Assembly: GCF_009914755.1 (NCBI RefSeq)
Contig: NC_060928.1
Reading direction: 5' to 3' (one strand)
Length of the DNA: 64,000 nucleotides
DNA from: the human T2T-CHM13v2.0 reference genome, Homo sapiens
Shown: positions 1-14,777 of the stretch, piece after piece
Numbering within the stretch: the stretch's first letter is position 1
Layout of the letters: the number at the start of each line of letters is the position of its first letter
The notes under the pieces: generated by a model
What the model was told of the DNA's origin: nothing
Seen by the model: the letters and a program-made list of their open reading frames with translations, nothing else
The model's database searches: none
Position numbers and translations under genes: made by a program

Positions 1-1253
1 ACTTTCTAACAGGCCCAGGAGCTCCAACTTTGTCTTGGGACCTTAAGAGGAAAGGATCACCCAACTCACAGATATCTGAGGATACAAACCCATGGCTGGG
101 CTCAGCTTTAATAGGATTTATCTGAGGAAGATCCAGAGGAAGATGATAACAGAGGTTAAAAGGCATGGCACAGGTGAGCATGGCTAATTTCTGCTGATTA
201 AACCAAGCCTCCCGTTTCATGGCTAAAGGTCATACTAGTATCCATGGCATAAATGAGGTCTAGGGAACTTCAAAACTACTGAACATAGGGGGTATTCCCT
301 ACTTGAATAGGTGAGAGTAGATCATTCTTATTCTCTAAGTGCTCCCTGTTTCATGGATGCAAGCCACTTTGACACCAATGGCTGGCACCTGCCAAGGTCA
401 CTGGTGCTCAGGGATCCAAGGACAGAAGAGGGAAAGAGGATGCTCTTCCTTCGCTCCCTCACATACCCTGGGTATTTGTTAGGAAGTGAAGGAACCAAGG
501 ATGCTTGTTCCCCTTTTTCTAGATGAATAACCATTCATCCCTGTATCCCTTTCAAATGCATCCTGAACTACTAGGACTGCTTTGAAAAAATGTCTTCTTT
601 TTTTATTTCTCCTCCTCTGTCCTCTCTTTGTTGGTAGGTAATTGTGTCTCTGTACTATAGCATACTACCCTCAGGTGCATCCTCCAGACAGGGAAGAGTT
701 AATTTCCCAAAACTCAGACTGGTTGGCTTATGATTGGGCACAGGGAAAGGGAACTCAGAAGCCCAACATGCCAGCAAAAGGTTAAAGTTTTTGACAAGTC
801 AGGATTTTGGCCTCCCTCTCCCTGTGCAAACCGATAAAAGGCCTCAGGATTTTTGAGCTGTCTTTACCCTTCCTTTTCTTGTTTTGAGACATGTTTTCTA
901 ATAACTAGTTTGATCTCTTCTTGCCTTCAGGCCATCAAACTCCAAACAGTCATGCAACCAAAGTCTTGGACAGAGGGCATTTTCTGCTGGGGACCCTTAG
1001 ATAGTTCTCTGAGGGAGATCTAACTGCCTTTTCCCTAAAACAGCGCCCCCTGTCAGCAGGAAGGAGTTAAGATTCGTCTTCATCCTTCTCCTCCTCCTCC
1101 TCCTCCTCCTTCTCTCTCTTCTGCTGCTCCCACTCCTGCTCCTTATTGTCATATTTATCCTTATCCTTATCCTTATCCTTATCTTTATCCTTATCCTTAT
1201 CCTAATGTCAGTTAGATGTACTTCTTTAGAGGTGGGAATGAGACAACCAAGGG
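1..1253 (+). mobile_element. ERV1 (MER4-group, MER51-int-like) non-autonomous internal sequence, ending in a PPT and the first ~15 bp of a 3' LTR
   Basis: Degenerate gag start at 523 (ATG...frameshift...PFKCILNY*DCF, resembling HERV9/W gag PLKCILSHWDQF). env cytoplasmic-tail remnant at 931-1023 (AIKLQTVMQP...GPLDSSL). Purine tract agaggtgggaa, then TGAGACAACCAAG at 1239, resembling the MER51 LTR start. Confidence 0.7.
1081..1204. repeat. Compound microsatellite (CCT)n / (CCTTAT)n
   Basis: Directly visible tandem units. Confidence 0.9.
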
Positions 1254-2695
1254 AAGAGAATAGAGAGCCCAGACACAGATCCATGTAACTGTCTTCAATT
1301 GCTCTTTGACAAAGGCAATATAATGGAGAAAATATATTCTTTTCAACAAATGGTAGAAGAACAACTGGACATACATGTGCAAAAAAAGAACCTATACACA
1401 GACCTTAAACCCTTCATACAAATTATTTCTAAATATATAATAGAGTTAAATGTAAAATGCAAAACACTAAAAGTCCTAGAAGATAACAGAAGGGCAAACT
1501 TGGTAACTGAGGTATAGTGATGACTTTTTAGACACAACACCAATGGCACAATACATTAAGGAAAAAATTGATAAGCTTGGCTTAATTAAAATTTAAAAAC
1601 TTTGCTCTGTATAAGACAATGTCAAGGTAATGAAAATACAAGACACAGGTTGGGGGGACACTATTTTCAAGGGACACATCTGATAAAGAACTGTTACCAA
1701 CAATATATAAAGAACTCTTTAAATTCAGCAGTAGGAAAATGAAAGGCCAGATTAAAACATGACTCAAATACTTCTTTAACATATCCTTGACCAAAGAAGA
1801 TATGCATATGGCAAGTAAGTACATGCAAAGTTGTTTTTTTTTAACATCATATGTCATTAAAGAATTGCAAATTAAGGCAACAATGAGATACCATCGCACA
1901 TCTATTAGAATGGCCAAGATAAAAAACACTGACAACACCAAATGCCAACAAGTGTGCAGAGCAATGGGATTTCTCACACATTGTAGGTAGAAATGCAAAA
2001 TGGTACATCTACCCTAAAAAAACTCTTGGTTTCTTACAAAATAATTATAGTCTTACTATGTGGTCCAGAAACCACACTCCTTGATATTTATCCAAATGCA
2101 CTGAAGAATTATGTCCATACAAAAACTTGCATATGGATGTTTACAACAGATTTATTCATAATTGCCAAACTTGGAAGCAACAAACACGTCTTTTTTAATG
2201 TGAATGGATAAACAGTGGTATGTGCAGACAATGGAATATTATTCATTACTAAAAAGAAATGAGCTCTCATGATAAGACATGGAGGAAATTTAAATGCATA
2301 TTCCTAATCTAAAGAAGCCTAATGAAAGCCTATCTGGAAGCATGCAAGTATGTCCCCGGCTATATAGTGTATGATTATATGACATTCTGGAAAAAGCAAT
2401 ATGATGGAAACAGTAAAAAGTCAGTGGTTGCTAGAGTTTAGTGGAGGAAGAGATGAATAGCCAGAGCACAAAAGATTTTCATGGCAGTGAAACTTGTCTA
2501 TATGATACTGTAATGTTGAGTATATGCCATATTCAATAAGACTCATTAATTGTAATGAATATACAACTGTGGTGTGGAGCAGGCATAGTTGGGAAAGCAG
2601 TCTGTGTGTAGGGACAGTTGCTATAGAGAAACTCTCTGTAATTTCTACTCAATTTTCTATGAACCTAAATTGCTCTAAAATATAAAGTTTATTTT
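1254..2695 (+). mobile_element. Old L1 (L1MC-like) ORF2 3' part and 3' UTR
   Basis: Degenerate ORF2 C-terminal motifs (IKATMRYH, YPNALKNYVHTKTC) and an L1MC-type 3' UTR ending gaacctaaattgctctaaaa. Confidence 0.8.
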
Positions 2696-4941
2696 TGTAA
2701 ATGGTTACTAACAGTATTAATTACAGAATCTTTAGCACATTTATTGTCCTTTAAATTGATTGCTCCTGTTGCTTCTATATGCAAATAAGAATATTTTTTA
2801 CTTACATCAGATGTTTTAATTACCAAGCACATGCATTACTTCATTTATTCCTTAGAAAAGCGTTTTTAGGTTTTTACTGTAAATCAGGTATTGTTTTTTC
2901 TTTATCCAGATAGAGAAACCATAGCTGAAAAGTTAAAACCAGGATAACACATCTAAGGTCCCACATTACCTACATTTAGAATCTTAAAATGATTAACCAA
3001 ACTTCTCTTGTTATTCTTGTACACAACAAAAGGGTAAAACATTAGTTCGGTTTCAGAAACTCTAAATTTTATTTGAGGTGTTCTAATGGTAAATGAAAAA
3101 AATAGTTTTGGAGGGCAGATAATTTATCAGGTTTAAAAATGTAGATTTTGTACTTTGTTAGCCCTTTTGTTGATGTGATTCTTCATGTTCACTCTTATAC
3201 TAAGTGAAATCTGCCAAGAAAAAAAAATACATACTTTTTTTTTTTTATGGAGCAGCAGAGAGATGAAATGGTTTGGGTTTTAATTCACTTTTGAAGCTCA
3301 AATTAAATGACTTGGGGAAAAATATCTGAAGAAAAGAATCTTAATCTTCTCCCACTAGAAAAAAAAAAGCTGGAGGAACAGTAAAATGTGGAACATGAAG
3401 AAGGAGGAAGAATGTAAATGATGCACATATTTCCTGCTTATCTAGGGGAGGATGTGTTTTAAAATTTGAATTGTATGAATGTTCTGAATATCAGAGACAA
3501 TCATTTTTAGCATAAGCACATAATTATAATATACTTTTAATGTTCATTTTTTGCCTTTATCATTTTTACTATCTATTGCTATAAATAAAATCAGAAGTTA
3601 ATTACATTTTTAATGTAAAAATAATATTTCATTATTCATTTTTCAAGCTTCTTATTGTTTCTTATTTAATTATTCCTATAACAGTCAATGAAAAATCATA
3701 TATTTAGTACCTTCCTCTCATCAGGACCCACCCCAAAACTGAATCTCAGATAAAATCAGCCAGCTAATTATCTTTAAGGTTCATGGAAGACAAGACGCTT
3801 TCACTAGGTAAGTTAGATACATATTATTTATTGTCTAATTAAAATAAATATTGGCTAGTTTTCTAAGATAATAATGGTTACTGTGGAGAAGCTGGCATGA
3901 TTAAGAGAGATGACTCTTCAGCCAGTAATTTCTCATCTGCCAGACCAGGGTTATCATCCTGGGACTGAGATGATCTTGCTCATCTCTGGATTGTCAGTAC
4001 CTAAAATTACATATTACACATGTTAAAATTCTCTACATGCTTTTTAAGTCATATGAAATTAGAAGATGCGGTGTGGTATGCAAGAAAAGCCTGATTTTCT
4101 GTTTCACTAATGCAATTTTAGGAAAAATAGTGCCCTAGTCAGAAGATTTGCTTTAGACCTCACAATTCCTAACAAGTCAAAGACAAAAAATAATGAGGCA
4201 CGAAGATGAAACTCATCATTTTCAGTAAAAGTAGTGTGTGTTAAGATAACATTATAATGCCCATAAAAATGTGAGACTGTAAGGTGAGATGTTTTGTTTT
4301 CCATGCCTGTCCCAAAGGAACAGCTATAAGGAAGATGGAGAAAAAACTGCAGTATCTGAATGTAACATATTCATGTCCAGAAAATGAAGAAATCAGCCAG
4401 GAAGTCAGCTGTGACAAATCACAAGATCTGGAGTATAAATAGGCATTTAATTGTAGAAATCAAATGTGTTCATATAGAAAGTTGCTAGAATGGTCAGAAT
4501 TCACCCAGTATGCCTTGAGGTAATCAAGAAACAAGTCACTGTGACCAAGCTTGTCCTTATGATTTATTAAGATATCTGTAGCATAGTAAGGTTTATTTAA
4601 GTAACTTTAAACCATGAGTGGTGTATTGAAGAGGAGTAATTACCCTTATCAAGAATTGTCTAACAATTAGTAAATATTACAAAAACAGAAAAAATACACT
4701 TTCGGTCAGATAGTTTAACTGTATGAGTTTAACAGAAAAGCTGTAACAGTCTTTTATAGGAAGCTTATAACTGAATACATAAGCAAATGAGTTTTTAAAT
4801 TAATCATAGATATGATACTACTTGGGAAAAGTTGGTAAACAATTTAAATGTTTCCAGCCTAGTAAAAGTACAAAGAAGAGAAAATCAAATTGTTGATCTT
4901 CATGACATTTTTTAAAAATTAAAATATCAGCAAATCCTTAA

Positions 4942-5255
<314 letters not shown>

Positions 5256-5859
5256 AATCCTTAACATTTTTATTGTTTTCAAGTTGACACCTATTTTCTT
5301 TAAGGTAAAATATATGGGTAGAAATCCTGTTAGAGGTGTTGACGTTTTCCACTACCATAAACTGTCTTCTTTTCTGTTTAAACACTTGAATAGTTTTTCA
5401 AAATCTGTATTCTGGAATGTCAAGGAAGCAATATCCTTGAGATTGTCTTAGGAATGATGTAAGACAATATTTAAAATGGAAAATTCAATGGATTATCAAC
5501 TTATAATTTTGAGATGAAAATAACATTTATTATCTATTGATGGATAATATGAAAATAACTTAGCCCTATCCTGAAAAGCTCACAGTGTTTAAACAGGACT
5601 TCTTGTTCCAGTGGATAACTTAGTGAAAACTGTTCAAAAGTAAATTAGAATCTAAATATATAGCTCAAACACAGATTATTTGTTATTGTGAAAGTGAGCA
5701 TCAACTACTATGCAAGGCATACATAGACCTCATCTGCAGGCAATGATGTTTTACTGAAGTAAGATAAGAGGCGCTTGCTCCCTTAGTTATAAAATAACAA
5801 AAATAAATTCTAACAGACATTTCTAGGTTAGAAGTGGATTAAACCTGGGCTGGATGTGA

Positions 5860-6349
<490 letters not shown>

Positions 6350-7349
6350 GTTTCTTCTTTTTATGCTGCTCTTTTCCACTTAAATTTGTTAGCCTCTTCA
6401 CTTAGTTTTCTTACATTATCAGGGATACTTCAGGGGGAAGACGGTAGAAAAAAAAAACATGTTGATGAAATTACTTTGTCAAGTTTAACATGCTTTATAA
6501 GGCAACAATGTTAATTCTTAGACAAGAATCTTAAAATGAGTACACAAATAAGTCAATACTTTAAAATAAATACCCAACAATGTAACACCACAGACATCAG
6601 TTAAAATTTATTAGAGCTTAAAGCTTTTACTTTCAACAAATCATATGTTTTTTTTTTTTTTGGAAAGCCTATGTTAAAAGGTATTCCCATTGGGTTTCCT
6701 AGTGTCACATTGTGTAATTTACAGCAGGTCTTCTTAATCTCTCATTTTTACGCAAGTAAATGGAGAACCTTATTTAAACAAAGATGTACTAATTATTTGA
6801 TGCAAAATGATGTTTGTTGAAGTAATGACTTGCTGAAATAAATATTTTAATAGATATTTTAAATGAATTTCCAAATAGTTGCAGAGAACACTAAATCTAA
6901 AAGAGAATTGTAGAATGCTCATATTTTTAAAGTTATTACTATTTTTAAAACTGAAATCCTGTATGTTATGCTAAAAGTCAACAGAGATATATCATCTTGA
7001 ATAAATCACATTCTGCAAATGGGTAGAATTCAGCCTGACTTGTTAAACAAAGCTATATCTATCTTCTTGTCTGTTTTCTGTCTTAAATAAGACGAACAAG
7101 AATGAAATAAAAACTATGTAATACATTTAACATAGTGCTACAATACAGAATATAATGCTCATTGCCATGTTATTTTATCTCACACTTTCTCAACATTTTT
7201 CTCCCTCTATTTCTCTTCTGCGTGAAAATATTTCTGAGCCTAGTACCACAGTTACCTGCAGGAAAACTCTTCATTGTGACGCACCTTCGCAATGCCTCAA
7301 GCATTATGCAGTTCATATTCTGTTACCAAGTATTATCTTCTGTAGTATA

Positions 7350-7600
7350 CCTTTATCTATTTATCTATATATGTGTCCACATGTCTATATGTCTGTTAAT
7401 ATAGATATACAGATATGTGTGTATACATATGCATTGCATATATATAGCTACTGTCTTTTATATATACATATGTATATATTTTACTTTCCAAACAAACTCA
7501 TGAAGCCCTATATTATATCTTATAGCCCTAGTCCAGAATTGTATATGCACAAATGGGCAATACATAGACACACATGCACACACACATACACACACACAAT
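7350..7600. repeat. Low-complexity TA/CA-rich tract
   Basis: Degenerate (TA)n and (CA)n runs. Confidence 0.6.
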
Positions 7601-10194
7601 GTGATCAATTAAATTCACTATTTGTTTAAGTAACTATGTATTCTTCGTCTATGGCAAAGTGACAGAAGTGTTTAAAAAGAACAGATAGAAATAATCTGTT
7701 TATATTAGTGTAAATTTTATAGTTTATTACACATAAAGACGTCACCAAACTGGAAATCAAACAAGAGAAAATTGGTTGAAGCCACAACAAAGAGTACTTT
7801 GCTCGGTAATTATAACACAATCTCTTAGAATAAAGCCATATTTGTAGGAAAAGTCTATCCCATACATGATTGGTTTAGTAATTTCCTTCATCTTTGTAAT
7901 TAATTTACAACATAATACAGCCTGCAAAAACTATACAATTTAAAAATGAAAATATCTATATAAAGAGTAATATGCTTCCTCTGATATCTTTTATTGAAAC
8001 AGTCAATACTGCAATGAGGAATTTCATCTTGATTTGGATTTGTAGAGTATGTGCTCACTGGAATATACAGATGTAAATGTCACTACATGTTAAGTGTCAA
8101 GTGTAAAACAGGAATATTAATTATCTTACAAGTTACACAATAACCTTCAGTACACAAATATTTGCTTTAGGCTACACAACTTGATGTCCATATTAAATTC
8201 AAGCAGTAGGAGAAAATACTAGCAGGAAACACGTTTCCAAAATGTTTAAAAAAAAAAAAAAAGTCGCAGAGGTTCAGCTAAAAACAATGCAGTTCAAGTG
8301 AAATTAACAATATGTTTTTCCTTTACAACATTCCTTCACAGATGGAGTCTGTCTCCTCATCTGTTTTTCCAGCATTGGAGAATCAGGGAAGAATAGTTGG
8401 TGTCATTATGGGTTTATACTTTTTACAGACCTGCACTTTTAAAGCTTTTATATAACTGACCGTTTCCACTCATTCAGAAGAGATTATTTGGTGGCTACAT
8501 GCACTGGTGCCCAAATTCATGTCTGAAATGATTAAGAGAGGAAGGGTGATATTGATGGCTTTATTTTCCTGCCATTTCAACCACAATAAAATTTCACATT
8601 TTCTTATTGTTGGAGCTAAATTGCTTTTCCTTTCAAGTGAGAAATACTGACATTGGATCTGTAGAACAGAGGAAAAATTTTTGAAGGATACAGTATTACT
8701 TCATAGAAAAGAAGATATAATTAAACCACAGACTTGAGAATGCCACCAGTCTTAGAACTTCCAGAGTCCTTAGGAGGAAAAAAGCTTACCTATGTTTCTC
8801 TAGGACATTACCATTAATCTACCTCAATGCAAAGCATTTTATTATAGTTTAAGTCACAAATTTCTGAAAGAGCAAATTTGATTGCCCTACTGTGGATCCG
8901 GCAAAACACTCATACATAGACAGCATGCCTTTGAATATACTTTTTGGGTGCCCATATCTACATACTTATTGATTGATTGGAATCATTACAAGAGAGGAGG
9001 AAATCATGCTAAATCAAGTAGAGAGCCTTAGTGCTTAAATTGAATGACATCTTTTGCACACTCACTTTTTGGTAACTAAGAGGTACCTAGATAAATAAAT
9101 AGTTAGAAATTTAAAAACAACAATTAAACTGGCAGGAAATTTTAATACTGGATCTCATCTAAAGCATTTGTAGCTCTAAAGTGAACATATTAAAAAATGA
9201 TATTGGGCATTTTTAATGCTATATTATCAAAGAAAAACAAAACCCAACAAAACAAGAGATCTAATATATATTTTTTGTAAACATATGAGCATATTGTGTA
9301 TGTAAGTATCTTACTGTGTGCCTATCAGTATCCATTCTTTCTCCTTTCTACCGGGAAGTCTGTTTTGTCCAGGTGTTCACACTTTCCTTCATGTAACCTA
9401 TATGCATCAAGAGAAGATAAAATGACCCCCTACATGGAGAAAGAAGGGGTGACAAGCCTGAGGCCATTTCCATTTCCAGTGATCATTGGTCAGCTCAGAA
9501 TAGGGAGAAATTGCCCTTTTGCTATGTTTGTATATTTACTATGATAAATATTTTTTTACAATATATTAATAATTTTGCTATTAATTTAAATGTTATAATT
9601 CAACATCCCCATATATTCTATCTTGCTCTTCAGGAAGGAATAGAGATGTAATTAGAGTGTGTCCCGAAGCATTCAAAACATTCATCATTCAAATCTCAGT
9701 AAGTAAACAAAATGCCTGTTTGCTCTTGCAATGCATTTAAACAAGATGTACTGCTTATTAGTTTATAGAAGTTGCACGTGTTTATGTGTTCAGTGCTGGC
9801 AGAACCTCTGATACTATCTTATTTTCTTCCCTGTTTGAAGGCAGAACCAGTGCTAGCACATCTCAAAAAACAAAACGTATCTGTGATTTTGTATGTAGGT
9901 GTGTTTGTAGTTGGCTATATCATAATAAACTTATTCCTTTAAATATATGATATATTTTTAAATTCTGCAATTATGAAAAAACACATTTAAGCCAATAGTA
10001 AACATACAGACTCTAGAAAAAGAACCAGAACTTCAGAAAATATTTAACGTTAAATTATAGAAAACAATTGCATCATATTATTTAGTTCAGTATCTTAAGT
10101 TACAGAAGACTTTCAGTAAATTTGGGATGTATCCCAGAGGGTTCTTAGGATACAAGTTCCCTTTGGAACTTGATATAAGATAACAGCAACAATG

Positions 10195-10370
10195 ATGTCA
10201 TCTAATATTTATTAAACAATGAATGTGACAAATATGTGCTAAACACTTTACACATATAATCATATTTAATGACTCCGAATACATAGATAAATGCTATATT
10301 CAGTCTACACACATGAGGAAACAGATATTGTCCAGATCATTAACTTATTTGAAGTCTCAAAACTAACAAG
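10195..10370 (-). mobile_element. MIR remnant
   Basis: atttattaaac...tgtgctaaacactttacacat...atgaggaaacaga matches the reverse MIR core. Confidence 0.6.
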
Positions 10371-11050
10371 GCTAGACTTCACTAAGAACAGAAACGCCGT
10401 TCTCTACTTCCTCTCTACAGTGGTCTTAACTCTCATATGCAAACAGGAGCAGAGCTGGGCAGGTGAGTTTTCTAGGCTGGATGTATTGTTTAGCCAATTA
10501 ATTCCTTACATTGAGAGAATTTATGATCTTCCCATATCAGTGCCTCAGGGAAAAAGCAAGACTGGGTGAGGAATCAGTTAGCTGTGAAAGAATAGTGACA
10601 TTGGGTAACTGATAAGAGTGAAAAAAAGAACCATTAAGTTTAAGGATAACAGTTAAAGAGAATTTAACAAAAGCATCACTCTGAGGAATAAGGGGGTGTT
10701 AAATTTTTAATTGAGCTATGTAGATACATATTTCCTGGCAGAGAAGGCACTCTGTGACTTAGAAAAATAGAAAAATTATTTCAGAGCATCAGCTGCCTTT
10801 ATAAAAAATTTATCATAGATTGTTCAAGTTAATGCTAGAACCAAAAATTAATGGTCAAGTTTAACACAGAACTTCTAGTCTGTCCATAGTGACATCTTAT
10901 CATTATATGTGAAGGTATAGAAATGACTATGGAGGAACTATTATATGTTCTTCAAAACATTATTATCATTTGTTATGTAATTTGATTTTTAAAGCCATTT
11001 TTTAAAGAATTAATCCTGAAGATTAAGGCATAGATCAGAAATAATGATGC

Positions 11051-11083
11051 CTTACAACTATTATGTACCCATAAAAATTAAAA
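11051..11083 (+). mobile_element. Ultra-short 3'-terminal L1MA-type insertion
   Basis: tacaactattatgtacccataaaaattaaaa flanked by a perfect 14-bp direct repeat agaaataatgatgc (11037-11050, 11084-11097). Confidence 0.7.
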
Positions 11084-11221
11084 AGAAATAATGATGCTAT
11101 TTTTTGTCATAAAAGGAAGAAAAAATTAAGAACAGTATAATGCTGTTTAAGACCATTCAATAATGTCGACAGGTGGCTCCATTTTGGGGTTAACTCTACA
11201 ATACAAATACAAAACCCATTC

Positions 11222-11252
<31 letters not shown>
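11222..11252. repeat. (ATAG)n tetranucleotide microsatellite
   Basis: About 7-8 perfect units. Confidence 0.95.
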
Positions 11253-11889
11253 CTATGAAATTTGTTTTATTTACTTATAGTAACATGTAACTTTGCATGT
11301 ATTCTACTTCTCCTATTCCATGATCATCTTTTAAAATGTTGTTTCCTTACACAAATCTCCAATAGTAAAAATAAATCACAGGTACCACATAGTTGCATTT
11401 TAGTATCCACACACAAACAACAACAAAAACAAACATCCTGTTCTCTTACAGGATGCAATTTGCAGGGCATGCCACTCAGGTTAGGGACAGTGCCAAAATT
11501 GCCATGACATCATATCATCTTCTCATTTTCAAGGATGCATCTAGATAATTTTCAACTCTCTGTCAGGTGATGTCAGTGAGAGTCAGGTTCTATCAGTGAC
11601 GAAAAAAAATACATCACTGGTATTTTCATAAAAAATACTGTCAGATACCTATCTCCATAATCAAGAAAAGTACTCAGGCAAGTACTCAGAAATCTAGGCT
11701 CTGCCTCTTTCTGTTTTCTCCATTTCACTATTCAACAGAAATAATAACAGGAGAAACCTATAAAACATTGTAGAGGAGAACAATGTTACAAGAGCAACCA
11801 GTTTTTAATTTCTTTGGTGTGCTGCTCATACTTAATCTGCCAAAGGTTGGAATTGTGCTTCATATGTGATCTAGTATGAATTCATGGAA

Positions 11890-12110
11890 GGGACCTTTGC
11901 CTTTGAATTTGAATGGGTCCGAGTTTAAATTCTACTTAAACAACTTTTAAATTATGAGACTTTGGGACAGTTACATGCTCTCTGTAAGTTTATTTATATC
12001 TCCTGTAAAATTGACATATACACTTTATGGCAGATTTACTTTGTAAGAATGAGAGAAAATACGTTAACTAAATATTAAAGTAAGGGCTTAAAAATTGCAT
12101 ATGTTATTAT
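11890..12110 (+). mobile_element. MIR remnant
   Basis: gagtttaaattct...actttgggacagttac...tcctgtaaaat MIR-core similarity. Confidence 0.55.
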
Positions 12111-13524
12111 TATGGTTACTTTATTGATTTTTAAAAGTAATTAATCATTTGAAAATAATTCTCTCAAATAAAGATGATTGAAAACAGTAAGATCATTTCC
12201 CAGAGAGCATACCTTCCTGGAGATGCTTTCTAAAAGATAAAAAAGGACAATATACATTTTCATTTTAAGTTACTTTTGAGCATGTGAATATTTTAAATGG
12301 AAAAATATGAACAAAATTAACAGTCCTGAAATTCAGAAAATCCTTAAAAATCACAAAATCAAATGCTTTAACCACAATGAATTCCTTCTGGATTGCTACT
12401 TAAAAAAATAAGATTTTCAGAACAATATGTAGTGGACAATAACAAACACTATAGTCCCATAAATACAGATTAGTCCCCTGTAACGCTTAGAATCAGAAAA
12501 CATCTGCTCTAAACTTAAACAGAATCACATCCTGTGGTTGTGAAAAAAAAACCTCTTGAGTAATATGCTTCAACTTCAATATCACCTTTGAATAGAAGGT
12601 GGACTTTTAATTGAACTTTTATAACTTGCATGCATCTATTGTGTTTATCTGTATTTTGTGTGAGGATTTAGTCAGAGATATCTGAATAAAAGAACAGATA
12701 GATGCTTTATTTAAATTTAGAGAGAATGAATACTACATGCAGAGCTCAATAAAGCAATTTAAATAAGCTTTCCATCTTGTATACATTTTATTTAGTGATA
12801 TATTCAATTTAGGAATTCTAAAATAGTGAAAACTGTAACTATAAAACAACCAATCCTACCTATGTTTCTCACAGCTGTATAAGCATAAAAGTATGTTCTG
12901 AGAATATAGTAATTTTCAAGGTGCTGTTAAAGACGTAAATATTAAACCAAAAGGTGTTAGAACCCTAGAAGACAACCTACGTAATAACATCCTGGACATA
13001 GGAAACAGGCAAATATTTCATAAATAGACACCAAAAGCAATCGCAACCAAAGCAAAAATTGACAAATGGAATATAATTAAACTAAAAAGCTTTTGCACAG
13101 CACAAGAAACTATCAACATAGTACACAGACAACCTACAGAATGGGGAAAAATTATTGCAAACTATGCACCTGACAAAGGTCTGTTATCCAGCATCTATCA
13201 GGAACTTAACCAAATTTATAAGAGAAAACCAAACAACCCCATTAAAAAGTGGACAAAGGGCATGAACAGATACTTCTCAAAAGAAGACATAAATGTGGTC
13301 AACAAGCATATGAAATAAAAGTTCAATATCACTGATCACTAGAGAAATGAAAATCAAAACCACAATGAGACACTATCTCACACCAGTCAGAATGGCTATT
13401 ATTAAAGTCAAAAAATAACAGATGCTAGTGAGGTTGCAGAGGAAACAGAACACTTGTACACTGTTGATGAGAGTGTAAATTATTTCAACCATTGTGGAAA
13501 GCAGTATGGTGATTCCTCAAAGAG

Positions 13525-13838
13525 TTAATGGCATTTGCAGCAACCTGGATGGAATTGGAGACTATTATTCTAAGTGAAGTAACTCAGTCCCACTCACAAG
13601 TGGGAGCTAAGCTATCAGGAAGCAAAGGCATAAGAATACATTGGACTTTGGGGACTTAGAGGAAAGGACATGTGGGGATGAGGGATAAAAGACTATGCAT
13701 TGGGCATATTGGGTACAGTGTACACTGCTTGGGTGATGGGTGCACCAAAATCTCACAAATCCCCAATAAGAAGTTATTAATGTAACCAAACACCACCTGC
13801 TCCCTAAAAATCGATTGAAATAAAAAAAAATTTAAAAA
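13525..13838 (+). mobile_element. L1PB-type 3' end inserted in the older L1PA
   Basis: gagctaagctat...aaaggcataagaat...ggactttggggact...gggtgatgggtgcaccaaaatctcacaaatc plus an A tail. Confidence 0.8.
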
Positions 13839-14186
13839 CTGCTCATTTAGTAAAAACTAATTTTTTTTAAAAAGCAGAACTATCATTTGACTCAGCAATC
13901 CCATTACTGGGTTTATACCCAGAGGAATATAAATCATTATACCATAAAGACACAGGCATGCAAATGTTTATTGCAGCACTATTCACAATAGAAAAGACAT
14001 GGAATCAACCTAAATGACAATCAGTGATAGACTGGATAAATAAAATGTGGTACATATACACCATGGAATACTATGCAACCATAAAAAAGAATAAGATCAT
14101 GTCTTTTGCAGGAACATAGATGGATTTGGAGGCCATTATACCTAGCAAACTAATGCAAGAACGGAAAACCAAATACCACATGTTCT

Positions 14187-14777
<591 letters not shown>

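Noticed and set aside
997-1284. 95-aa Arg/Ile-rich ORF on minus strand
   Set aside because: Translation of the (CCT)n/(CCTTAT)n microsatellite.
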